64,000 nt of DNA from Lentisphaeria bacterium. Lineage in GTDB: Bacteria; Verrucomicrobiota; Lentisphaeria; JABSQK01; JAWLHB01. The DNA lies in contig JAWLHB010000008.1 in assembly GCA_041690595.1 (NCBI GenBank), positions 124,001 to 188,000 on the forward strand, read 5' to 3'. Made by a program: the position numbers and the translations under genes. The notes below the pieces were generated by a model. That model ran no database searches, was not told the DNA's origin, and saw nothing but the letters and a program-made list of their open reading frames with translations. Of this stretch, positions 48,136 through 58,500 are shown one piece after another (position 1 is the first letter of the stretch; every line of letters begins with the position of its first letter).

Positions 48136-49686
48136 TTGAGTAACGCACCGGCAGGAATCCTGTTTTTCTTTCTCGACCAACTATCCGCTTGTTGGCTGGA
48201 GGCGGGCGTCGAACGGTTAGCTCTGCCCAATATCAAGCGGCTCCAGAAGCTCGGCACCACGTTCAGCAACGCCATCACCAGCAACCCAGTCTGCTGCCCC
48301 GCCAGAGCCACGGTGGCGACTGGACTGACAAGTCGGCAGCATGGCGTGCTGGAAAATGGTTACCAACTCGATCCATCCCTGCCGACGTTCATGAGGACGT
48401 TGCAGAACGCGGGCTGGCGGACCGGTGCGTTCGGCAAGGTGCATTTTCATCCGCATTTTGCCGGGCTTTATCCGGACTACGAGCCGTTCGGTTTCGATGT
48501 CACCCACATCACCGAAGACCCGCGCGGCGGCGAATGGCTGGATTGGGTCGAGCGCGAGCATCCCGCGCACTATGAAGCCGCCCTGGTCACCATCTGGGCA
48601 CCGCAGGTACCGGAGTTTGAGAGCTATGGCCCGAAGAAGCTGAACTTACGCGAGCGCATCGAAGAGTTACGCAGCTCTTTCGGGTGGGCAACCGAGGAAT
48701 TCCCTGACAATGATGCATGGACACACGCACTGCCGTTTCCCGAAGAGGTCTCGCAGACCGCCTGGATCACTGGGCACGCCTTGGACTTTCTGCGTGAGCT
48801 TTCACCTCAGCAGCGCTTCATGGCGCAGGTCAGCTATGTACAGCCACACGGGCCCTATTGCCCGCCGGCTGAGTACCTTCGTATGGTGGATCCTGACACG
48901 CTTCCGGAACCGGCTCCTGCCGAGTGGCTGGAAGACGCGCATGCCCCCTCGTATTTCAAGGACCGGAAGCCGTCTGACGGTAATTGGCGCCACGCACGAC
49001 GGTGCTATTTTGCCGATCTGCTGCATCTCGATCACCAGCTTGGACTGATTCTCGATCAACTCGAAACGATGAATCGCCTCGACTCAACCTCAATCATTCT
49101 GCTGGCCGATCATGGCGACCTGCTTGGCGACCATGGCTGTTACGGCAAAGAAGAGCGGCATTACGACGCCTGCATCCGGGTGCCGCTGATCATCACCGGG
49201 CCAGGTGTAAGAGGCGGTCAAATCCGCACGGAGCTGGTGCAGCTCGAAGACATCTGCCCGACCATTCTGGAAATGACGCGTGCAGACCTGCCGGCCATGC
49301 CCAAGAGCGGGCCCTATCTAAAGATGGCCGCGGCGGAGATCCCCCAGCTTCCCGGCCATTCGCTGCTGCCGCTCTGCCGTGGCGAAACGCCGGCGAACTG
49401 GCGCCACGCTGCCTACTGCGAAAGCTACAACCGCATCTCGTCCGCCAACCCTGGTGACTGGGCTCGAACCATCCGCACCGAACGCTACCGCTATACCCTT
49501 TACCCCACTGGCAACGGCGAACAGCTCTTCGACCTTTTGGAGGACCCCGACGAACAAAACAACCTGGTCGCCGACCCCGAACACACCCGAATCCGCACCG
49601 ATCTGCGCGACCAGCTCCTGGAACTGATCGTCCTGCAGGATTACCCAAAACCTCGCCGCGACCTGTACGCGCTGGGAGTGCACTAA
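48136..49686 (+). CDS. S1 (formylglycine-dependent) sulfatase, Cys-type
   Basis: 'FLDQL', CxPxR 'CCPARATVATG', 'FGKVH', 'QPHGP', 'ADHGD', 'RVPLII', 'LFDLLEDPDE'. No signal peptide. Confidence 0.93.
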   Translation: MSNAPAGILFFFLDQLSACWLEAGVERLALPNIKRLQKLGTTFSNAITSNPVCCPARATVATGLTSRQHGVLENGYQLDPSLPTFMRTLQNAGWRTGAFGKVHFHPHFAGLYPDYEPFGFDVTHITEDPRGGEWLDWVEREHPAHYEAALVTIWAPQVPEFESYGPKKLNLRERIEELRSSFGWATEEFPDNDAWTHALPFPEEVSQTAWITGHALDFLRELSPQQRFMAQVSYVQPHGPYCPPAEYLRMVDPDTLPEPAPAEWLEDAHAPSYFKDRKPSDGNWRHARRCYFADLLHLDHQLGLILDQLETMNRLDSTSIILLADHGDLLGDHGCYGKEERHYDACIRVPLIITGPGVRGGQIRTELVQLEDICPTILEMTRADLPAMPKSGPYLKMAAAEIPQLPGHSLLPLCRGETPANWRHAAYCESYNRISSANPGDWARTIRTERYRYTLYPTGNGEQLFDLLEDPDEQNNLVADPEHTRIRTDLRDQLLELIVLQDYPKPRRDLYALGVH

Positions 49687-52600
49687 TGGTTTTATCTGTC
49701 TACACTGCAAGATCGGCCATGCCGTGTCGGGGTCTGCTCGTCCTCCTTTGGTTCCTGTGCGGCTTGGCTTACGCCACACCCGAACCTTTCGCCGATGGCG
49801 AACGGGTGCTGTTTCTGGGCGACAGCATCACCCGTGATGGCTCCTGGCATTCGCAGATCAGTCTGTTCTACGAAACCCGTTTCCCAGAGCGCCGCCTGAG
49901 TTGGCAGAACGCGGGGATCAGCGGTGACACCTCCGGCGGCGCCCTGCAACGCGTGCAGTGGGACGTGCTCGACCGTGAACCGAACACAGTGGTCATCATG
50001 CTGGGCATGAATGATGTGGCACGGGACGATCTGCCCGGGGAGATCGGCGACGCTGAACGCGTTGCGGAATACGCGAAGAACATGCGGACACTGGTCGACA
50101 TACTCCTGGCCGCCAAGATCAAAATCATCCTCTGCACCCCCAGCCCGTACGACGCTGCGGTCAATGTGGCAGCAGCGTCCCACCCTGCCGCGAACCTGGC
50201 GCTCACCCACTGCGCTGACATCTGCCGCGAGCTGGCGGCGGAATTGGATCTGCCCCTGGTCGATTTCAACGGCCCCATGAATGCCATTGCCGTCGATTTC
50301 CAGCAAACCAACCCGAGCTTCACGCTCATCGGCGGCGACCGCATCCATCCGGGGACCCTGGGCAGTACGGTCATGGCTCACCTTTTTCTCGCGGCACAAG
50401 GTGTACCAGGACTGATCTCGGGCACGGTGATTGATGCCGCCAAAGGCGAGCTGACATCCATAGAAAAAGCGACGGCGACCGACCTCCGGGTGGTGGACGG
50501 CGCCACGATCAGCTTCACGCTCATGGAAGCGGCATTGCCCATGCCATTTGCCAGCACGTCCCGCCTGGCCCTGCGGTTGATGCCTGAGAATGAACTGCTC
50601 CAAGAGCTCGACCGACTCCCACGTCCGGCTGATACATACACTGGCTCCGGCTGGGATGCCGTGCCCTGGCGCGACCGGCTGCACCGGCAGATGCTGACCG
50701 TGACTGGCCTGACGGAGGGCGAGTATGAGCTGCTGATCGATGACCAGCCGGTCGGACGTTGGTTCGCCGATGACCTGGCTACCGGCGTCAATCTTTCCGG
50801 CCTGCGCACCACGCCACAATATCAACAAGCTGAAAAAATGGCCGCAGCCCACAACACGCGACATCGAGCCGCCTCCTGGGCTCCGCGCATGATCGCCTTC
50901 ACGCGCCGCTTTACGCTCGAACCTGCCGGGGTGGATGAAGGTGACCCGACCGCGGTCCACTCCTTCCTGGAGGCGTTGATCAACGATTCGACGGCGGCGA
51001 ACCGGGTCGAACTGGGCGGTTACGCCTTGACAATGGCGAAAAAATACCTGGAGTTCAAACCCAAAGAGGCTGAAATCAACGCCGCGATCGCCGCTGCCGA
51101 TGATGACGTCCACCAGCTCAACCAGCCCGTCCCGCACCGATACCTGCTGCGTCCAGTCGCGCACCCGCTCAGCGTCGAGCAGCGCCTGGCGGCCTTCACT
51201 GCCCGTCACGATCCGGAACAGGTAGCGGCGGTGGCCAAAGACTTTCTTGACCTGCTCGTGCTGGATCATGCCGGCTTGTTGCGCACCAACCTGCGGCGAC
51301 GCCCTTTACTGCAGAACGTGGCGGATCTGGTCAAGGAGGGCAATCCCGTCGACGTCTTGGAAGCTTACCGCGACTACGTGTTCGACAAATTGCGCAATGG
51401 CTCGGTCTATGCCCTGCCGGAGGACGTGCTCGATCCCTACAAAGGGCTCATCAACCCAAAGGAAAATGACAAGGCTCTGGCCAGGGCTGAAGAGCTTATG
51501 GCGGGCAGGATCGTGGCAGACGGCGTCCTCATGCAGCCGGGAAGTGTCTGGCTACCGCGTCCCAAGGAAGGGACCACGGGGGCGGCCAATCCGTGGACGC
51601 CGAAGGCTTTTGAACCCCTCGCCGCTGCCTACCTGCTGACCGGTGACCAGCGCTATCTCGACCAGTGGATCGCCTATCTGGATGACTGGGCCATGTTCGA
51701 AAACACCGATGAGGCGATTCGTGCCACGGATATCTCCGACAGCGACAGCCATGCCGTGAGCCAGCTGCTGGCGGTGTACAAAACGCTGAGCGGCATCGCC
51801 CGGCTGCAGCCGGCCGCACAAGCCGATTTCCCCGCCGACAGTCTGGCCCGCATCCTTACCAAGTGCATACGGGTTTACCTCCCCCTTTCCATCCTCTACC
51901 ACGAGAGCAATCCACAGAACTGGACGCCAGGAAGCACCGCCTGGCAGATGCAGGTCGCGGCCCTGATCGATGAATTCATAGCCGCCGAGACCATTTTCGC
52001 CCGAGCCCGGCACCGTCACGAGAATTATGGCACGATTCAGAATCTGCCCGACGGCGGAGAAACTGAACACGCGCTCTGGTACAACGCCCACTACTTTGAC
52101 GGCGCCATCGAAGCCATTGAACACGTGGACAACCGACGCAAGGTTCAGTCATGGACGCGCCCTTCGTGGGAGGCGCCGGTTATGGACGCCAACTGGGAAC
52201 ACGCTCAACGGGATAAGATCATCGACCGCGCCCGCTATTTCCTGCAGATGTTGACGCCGCAATGCCAATACCCGATCGGCAACCGCAGCGACATGCGCAC
52301 GCTGCCCGACTGGAAGTCGGGTGCGCTGGTGGAGTACGCCATCCTCAACGGCGCCCCCGACCTGCGGGTGCTGCTGAATACCCTCGGCGGCAATACCGCC
52401 TCCGGACTGCCGGACTTCACCATGTCCGCGTTTCCCTACAGCGGCAGCTGGATCATGCGCAACGGCTGGGACAAGGAATCCGGCTACGCCCATTTCTTCT
52501 GTTCCCCCTACCCTGTCGGTGGCCACGCCTTCCGCGGGCTCAAGAGCAACAACGGCTTCTGGCTCTCCAGTGGCGGGCAAGACCTGCTGGTCACGGGCGG

Positions 52601-54365
52601 CTTCGGCAGTTACTCCTACGACCGCTCCCCGCTGCGAGTGGACGGCAACGAGCAGTTCACGCATGCCGGCATTGGCAATCCGGGGATGAACAAGAACCAC
52701 AAAGGTTTCGGCATCGCCTACGTCGATCCGCAGCCGCCTCCATGGCGTGCGCATTCCAGCGAGACTTTCGACTTTGCCGAAGGTGTGTACGAGGGCCCCT
52801 ACGGCGACTTCGTCGAGGATCATCACGACAACAAGGACTACCGCACCGGCTTCCTGGCTGAACGCGCCCGGGAGGTCATCACCGGCGTCACGCATCATCG
52901 GCAGATCTTCCACCTCAAGAAGCCAAACCTGTGGCTCGTAGTCGACCGGCTTCAGAGCGAACAGCCACACGACTACACCCTGGACTGGTACCTGCCGGCG
53001 CCGCTCTTGCCCGGGGAAACCACCAAGAGCCGCTACAAGCCCAAGACATTCGCTGACGAGGCGATCCTTATCGACAACGCCACCCAGACGGTTGCCAGCG
53101 CCGCTCCTGACATGCCCAACCTTCGTATCCGCCATTTCGGCCCGAAACTGGCCCTCAGCAAGCCCCCCGAGCGTGGCGATTGCATCAAGAACGACTACAC
53201 CTATCACTACAAGATGTACGATTTCTGGCGGGTGAGCGGTACTTGGCGGAGCCAAGGCAACGATGTGGTCATCTCGCTCATCGAAGCCATTCCGGAAGGA
53301 GGTACATCGCAAGTCGGCAACACTGAAGAGACCGATAGCGGCTTTGAAGCTACCCTGGCCAATGGCAAGACACTTCGCTTCAAGACTGCCGCCGACGGCA
53401 GCTCCGCGCTGTCACTCGGCGACCGTGGCTTGATTCTGGGAGCGGAGAGCTATGAGTTCCATCGGGGGAATTGGCTGACAACCAGAAAAGAAACCATCCA
53501 TGCGCCGATAGCTCCTGTGTCCATAGAGCCCAGGCGAACGCTGATTATGGGAGATGAACCGGTAACGCTGACTTGCGCCACGCCTGGCGTCGACATCCGC
53601 TATACGCTCGACGGCAGTGAGCCGACGATCCACTCGCCGCTTTACAGCGCACCCTTCACCGTAGACAATAGCGTCACCGTCAAGGCGCGCGCCTTCCGGC
53701 CGGGCCTCTCGCGGACCCCGTCCAACCTGGCTGGCACCCACGCCACCGTCACCCGGGTGGCGCGCTATGACCTGGCTGAACCACTAGCTCCAATCGCGCC
53801 GCTTGACGACAAGCACTATCAGCCCGGGCTCGAGGCGGAGTATGACGAAGGCGACTGGAAAGATCTGGTCTTCTTCCCGGAAACGGTCTCTCCGGTAAGA
53901 ACGATGAACGTTCGGCACCTTTTTGACCGCTGCCAGCCGGACCCGGAAAAGGTCTTTGGCTGGACCTACTCCGGCTTCCTGGCCATTCCCGAAGATGGCA
54001 TCTACACCTTTCACGCCCCGCTGGAACTGGTCACCTCACCGCAGGAGCCCGGCTACAGTCTGCGCCTCTTTGTTGGCCAGGAGATGCTTTTCAACAAGCG
54101 TCCTTCCGGTCAGCTCAACGAATGGTATCCCGCCGCCAGCCGCCACGCCTACGGCACCTGGAGCCTGGCCCTTCGGAAGGGGATGCACCCGTTCGCAGTC
54201 ATCTATGTCGATTACCGCACCGATGCCATGGAGCGCCTGAATCACCCGGGCTTGCGGCTGAACTCCATCTGGGATGGCATGGTACCCACGATCCGCGTCT
54301 CGGGGCCAGGGATCAAACCGCAAGTCATACCGAACGCATGGTATTACAGAGGGAGCAAACCATGA
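49686..54365 (+). CDS. Secreted modular protein: SGNH/GDSL esterase, heparinase II/III-like core, FN3-associated/CHB_HEX_C domain, PA14-like domain
   Basis: 'FLGDSIT', 'NAGISG', 'GMND', 'DRIHP'. Core 'QNWTPG', 'PDGGETEHALWY', 'FPYSGSWIMRNGW'. '[12 protein letters not shown]' and 'YSGFLAIPEDGIYTF'. Clear paralogue of 39062-42904 over its C-terminal ~1050 aa. Confidence 0.87.
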   Translation: MVLSVYTARSAMPCRGLLVLLWFLCGLAYATPEPFADGERVLFLGDSITRDGSWHSQISLFYETRFPERRLSWQNAGISGDTSGGALQRVQWDVLDREPNTVVIMLGMNDVARDDLPGEIGDAERVAEYAKNMRTLVDILLAAKIKIILCTPSPYDAAVNVAAASHPAANLALTHCADICRELAAELDLPLVDFNGPMNAIAVDFQQTNPSFTLIGGDRIHPGTLGSTVMAHLFLAAQGVPGLISGTVIDAAKGELTSIEKATATDLRVVDGATISFTLMEAALPMPFASTSRLALRLMPENELLQELDRLPRPADTYTGSGWDAVPWRDRLHRQMLTVTGLTEGEYELLIDDQPVGRWFADDLATGVNLSGLRTTPQYQQAEKMAAAHNTRHRAASWAPRMIAFTRRFTLEPAGVDEGDPTAVHSFLEALINDSTAANRVELGGYALTMAKKYLEFKPKEAEINAAIAAADDDVHQLNQPVPHRYLLRPVAHPLSVEQRLAAFTARHDPEQVAAVAKDFLDLLVLDHAGLLRTNLRRRPLLQNVADLVKEGNPVDVLEAYRDYVFDKLRNGSVYALPEDVLDPYKGLINPKENDKALARAEELMAGRIVADGVLMQPGSVWLPRPKEGTTGAANPWTPKAFEPLAAAYLLTGDQRYLDQWIAYLDDWAMFENTDEAIRATDISDSDSHAVSQLLAVYKTLSGIARLQPAAQADFPADSLARILTKCIRVYLPLSILYHESNPQNWTPGSTAWQMQVAALIDEFIAAETIFARARHRHENYGTIQNLPDGGETEHALWYNAHYFDGAIEAIEHVDNRRKVQSWTRPSWEAPVMDANWEHAQRDKIIDRARYFLQMLTPQCQYPIGNRSDMRTLPDWKSGALVEYAILNGAPDLRVLLNTLGGNTASGLPDFTMSAFPYSGSWIMRNGWDKESGYAHFFCSPYPVGGHAFRGLKSNNGFWLSSGGQDLLVTGGFGSYSYDRSPLRVDGNEQFTHAGIGNPGMNKNHKGFGIAYVDPQPPPWRAHSSETFDFAEGVYEGPYGDFVEDHHDNKDYRTGFLAERAREVITGVTHHRQIFHLKKPNLWLVVDRLQSEQPHDYTLDWYLPAPLLPGETTKSRYKPKTFADEAILIDNATQTVASAAPDMPNLRIRHFGPKLALSKPPERGDCIKNDYTYHYKMYDFWRVSGTWRSQGNDVVISLIEAIPEGGTSQVGNTEETDSGFEATLANGKTLRFKTAADGSSALSLGDRGLILGAESYEFHRGNWLTTRKETIHAPIAPVSIEPRRTLIMGDEPVTLTCATPGVDIRYTLDGSEPTIHSPLYSAPFTVDNSVTVKARAFRPGLSRTPSNLAGTHATVTRVARYDLAEPLAPIAPLDDKHYQPGLEAEYDEGDWKDLVFFPETVSPVRTMNVRHLFDRCQPDPEKVFGWTYSGFLAIPEDGIYTFHAPLELVTSPQEPGYSLRLFVGQEMLFNKRPSGQLNEWYPAASRHAYGTWSLALRKGMHPFAVIYVDYRTDAMERLNHPGLRLNSIWDGMVPTIRVSGPGIKPQVIPNAWYYRGSKP

Positions 54366-55420
54366 TTCATCAGAATGTCGACCTGCATAACGTGCTTGAG
54401 CTTGAACCCGCTGCCGGCGGCGGGGTACATCTGCGCCGCATTCCGAAAGCGGTGCGGGACTGCCTGAGCCCCCTTGGACGCATGGTGTCGCAGGAATCGT
54501 GCGGCTGCGAACTGCGCTTCGTCACCGACGCGGAAAGCATCCGTGTGTCGGTCTCGTCCATGCCTTCGACGCTGGCGCCCTGGGAGCTTCACAACCAGGA
54601 CGTGTTCATCTTCAAAGGCGCCTTCTTTCACTCGCATGTGCGGCTTGAGCCGGGTAAGGTCAATCACCTTAACCTGGCGGACATCGGCGGCGGGGTGAAG
54701 AACGCGTTTTTGGGCCTCAAGTCGGAGGTGCGCGATACCGATTACTTCCACCACAACGTCTGGCGCATCATGTTCGGACGCTACCCGGCAGTCCTTCATG
54801 AGGTCGACACCTACGGCTATCCCTTGCGCCCGCCGACACCCAAGGAACTGCCGAAGGCGCGTATCCTCTTCTACGGCTCCTCGATCACCAATGGCGCCTC
54901 GACAACGCTCTATCACCTTTGCTACGCTCAGGTCACGGCCCGACTTCTGCAGGCCGATTGCCTTAACCACGGACTCTCCGGCGCGTGTCTATGCGAGCGG
55001 GAAGTCGCCGACTACCTGGCGGTGCGAGAAGACTGGGACGCCATCGTACTGGAGCTTGGCGTGAATATGCGCGGCAGCTTCACGCCGGACCAATTCCAGG
55101 CGCGCAGCCACTATTTGATCGAGCAGATCGTCCAGCGGCATCCGGCCAGACCGGCCGTTCTCATCACCATCTTCCCCAACGCCCAGAGCCCGCGGAACGC
55201 GCATCAGGCAGACGACACGCAACGCCGCCAGGAAGCCTTCAACACGATTCTGCGCAATACCGTCGAAGAGCTGCGGCACCCGCACCTGCACCTGATCGAA
55301 GGCACCGATATTCTCACCGACTTCACCGGCATCACCAAGGATCTCATCCACCCCAGCGACTACGGCCACCTGGCGATGGGCACCAACCTGGCCTTACGCC
55401 TCCGGCCCTTGATGCAGTGA
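54362..55420 (+). CDS. SGNH/GDSL hydrolase family protein
   Basis: ATGA overlap with the upstream gene; 'FYGSSITNG', 'NHGLSG', 'ELGVN', 'DLIHPSDYGH'. Confidence 0.88.
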   Translation: MIHQNVDLHNVLELEPAAGGGVHLRRIPKAVRDCLSPLGRMVSQESCGCELRFVTDAESIRVSVSSMPSTLAPWELHNQDVFIFKGAFFHSHVRLEPGKVNHLNLADIGGGVKNAFLGLKSEVRDTDYFHHNVWRIMFGRYPAVLHEVDTYGYPLRPPTPKELPKARILFYGSSITNGASTTLYHLCYAQVTARLLQADCLNHGLSGACLCEREVADYLAVREDWDAIVLELGVNMRGSFTPDQFQARSHYLIEQIVQRHPARPAVLITIFPNAQSPRNAHQADDTQRRQEAFNTILRNTVEELRHPHLHLIEGTDILTDFTGITKDLIHPSDYGHLAMGTNLALRLRPLMQ

Positions 55421-55509
55421 CATGCCGAACCGCTCATTGCCACCATCCCACACAATCCAGACCAGCAAACCTACGTCCAGGTGCCGCCCCTCCGCCATGC
55501 CGGGGCTGA

Positions 55510-58500
55510 TCATTGTTCAGGTGGTTGGTCAAGAACTTGCCGAATCATCCGTGCCACCGTCAATAGACTGAACGGCTTTTGCAGGAAGTGAAGACCGTCA
55601 TCGAGTACTCCATGCTCACCAATCACGTCGGCAGTGTAGCCCGAGATGAAGATCACCTTGTGGTGGGGGAATTTATCGCGTAGCCTCTCGGACAGCTCCT
55701 TGCCGTTCATGCGCGGCATGATGACATCGGTGATGACCAGCTGAAGCTGATCGCCGAAGCTACCAGCTATATTGAGCGCTTCGTCTGGCGAGGCTGCCGA
55801 AAAGACGTGATAGCCGAGGCTCTGGAGCATATCAGTGAGCATCAACAGGATTGCTCTTTCATCTTCGACCACCAATATGGCTTCGTGCCCTCGCGGAATG
55901 GCATGCGTTTTGGGCGTGACCGCTTCAAGAGCAGGCGCTGGGGTTTCACAAGCAGGCAGCAGAATGTCGAATGTCGTGCCTTGACCTGGCACACTGTCGA
56001 CGTTTATGCGCCCGCCATTCTGAGTGACAATTCCGAAGACCGTCGCCAAGCCAAGCCCCGTGCCTTCTCCAACCTCCTTGGTGGTGAAAAACGGCTCGAA
56101 GATGTACTCGATCGTTTCCGGGCTCATCCCACAGCCATCGTCGCTGACCCGCAGGCGCACCAACGAGGCGGTCTCCACGCCGGGCGTCGACGCGGGCTCG
56201 ACTTGGTTGGAGGTCTCCAGCAGAATCGTGCCAGTCCCACGGATGGCATCGCGGGCGTTGACGCAAAGATTGGCAAGCAGTTGATCGACCTGGGACGGAT
56301 CGATCATGACTTTGTGCAAGGCAGGATCAAGCTGCCACAGCAGCTCGATGTTCTCGCCGATGAGGCGCCGCAGCATCTTGAGCGTCTGGCCGATCGCTTC
56401 ATTCAGGTCCAGAATCGCTGGTTTGATTTTCTCTTTGCGCGCAAAGGCCAACAACTGCCGTGTAAGATTGGCGGATGCGTTGGCAGCCTGTTCGATGTGT
56501 TCAAGTCGCTGACGAACCTTTGGATCGCGGGAGAACACCTTCAGCAGGATCTCTGCCTGCCCCTTGATGACCGTGAGCATATTATTGAAGTCGTGCGCCA
56601 CCCCGCCGGCCAGCCGCCCAATTGATTCCATTTTCTGCGCTTGGGCGAGTTGGTCGCTCAGGCGTTCGCGCTCTTCTTCAGCCTGCTTGCTTTCGGTCAT
56701 ATCGCGGTCAATACCGACATATCCCGTGACAGTACCAGAGGAATCCCGTACTGGCGAGCCTTTCGAAACATGCCATCGCCAGGTTCCGTCCTGATGACGA
56801 ACACGGTATTCCACGCTGCTTTGCTTCACTCCGGTCATCAGCGTCTTTTCAAGGAACGCGCGACAGAGGTGGCTGTCGTCCGGGTGAACGTAAAGTTCGA
56901 TAGGTTGTCCGATTGCCTGTTCCGCCGGCTCCCCCATGAGTTCGAGCCAGTTGGGAGATACATAAGTAAAGCAACCTTCGGGAGTGAGCGCATAGACAAT
57001 ATCGTTGGCGTTCTCGACAAAAGACCGGAAACGTTGTTCGCTCTGGCGCAGTGACTCGCTCGCCCGAGCCAGTTTGATCTGTGCGTACGAGAGACGGGAG
57101 ATCACGCCAATCAGATTACAGTAGAAGGTCATGACCTGATTCGTTGTTTCCCGCGACCAGCGGGGGATACTCCTGTAAGCCGCGAGATATGCCTCCTCAT
57201 CGAAGCCATACCGACGCGCCTGTTCAAGAAAGAGATCGACGTTCGGCTCTTCATCATCGTAAAAGAACTGGCCGAGGAAGAGATTGCCAAGATGTCTGCC
57301 GCCAATCATGATTGGCGTTACCATATCCCACATATTATTCTTACACTTGTATGCCCTAAATGTGCCTGGTTCGACACCGGAAGCGAGAAACGTATCGCTC
57401 TCATGGCAATTTCTCGCGCTTTCGGGGTGGCATCGATGATACTTCGTGCAAACCTCTTGCCAGCCGATGCCAACGAGAACCTTCCCTTCCAAGTCAACTA
57501 TTCCCACGCCAATATCCGTCAATGCATGGAAATTATTCATCAATATCTGTATATCATCCCAGTTAATCACATCGACAAGCTCCAGGGCTTCGAGATCGCC
57601 GTCGGGATCGAGGAGGGCATCCAGTTTGGCGCGTACCTGTCGTTCACTCGTTTTCAGCGCTTCCTCAGCCTGCTTGCGTTCGGTGATGTCGGCAGCGATG
57701 CTGAGTATCGCGGGGCGGCCTTCCCATTCGATCTGCTTTGCCAGAACTTCGAGGGGAAAGGTTGAGCTGTTTTTTCGGTAATGGGCTACTTCGAAGCGCG
57801 CTTCGCCCTCCTCGGCGATCCTGCGGAAGCGCTCGGCCAGCAGTACCTCGCACTCGGGGACGTCAAGCTCGTGCAGGTTGACGTCCATGAATTCTTCCAG
57901 GCTGTCGTAGCCATGGAGCGCTACGTTCTCCGCGTTGGCAAAGACAAAGCGCCCATCGGTATCGTGGATGCTGATGCACGCGGGAGCCTTGTCGAGCATT
58001 TGGCCCAGCAAAATCAGCTGTTTTTCCCGTGCCTTTTGCTCCGTCAAGTCAACATGCGAGCCCAGGACTCGAACCGCCCGCCCGTTTTCATCTCGGAGTA
58101 CTGAGCACTGAGACAGTATGCAGCGATATGATCCATCCCTGTGGCGCAAGCGAAATTCAACCTGATATTGTTGTGTCTTCTCGTCAATCGCCTTCTCCAT
58201 CAGCGCCAGCGCGGGCGTTAGATCATCGGGGTGAACACGCTCCTTCCACTCGTCGATATCATCTGTAATTTCATGTTCTTCATAGCCGATTTGTGCTTTC
58301 CATTCGCTGGAAAAATGCACCTCATTGGTGACCAGGTTCCAATCCCAAAGTCCCACATTACCAGCGCGGATGGCTTCCCGGAGCCGAATAGTTGCTTCGC
58401 GCGTCGCTTCCTCGGCCTGTTTGCGTAGCGTGAGATCACGGCAGAAGCAGATAAATTGTCCGCCACGCAGGTTCAGGTAGCTGGTGGACATTTCCACGGG

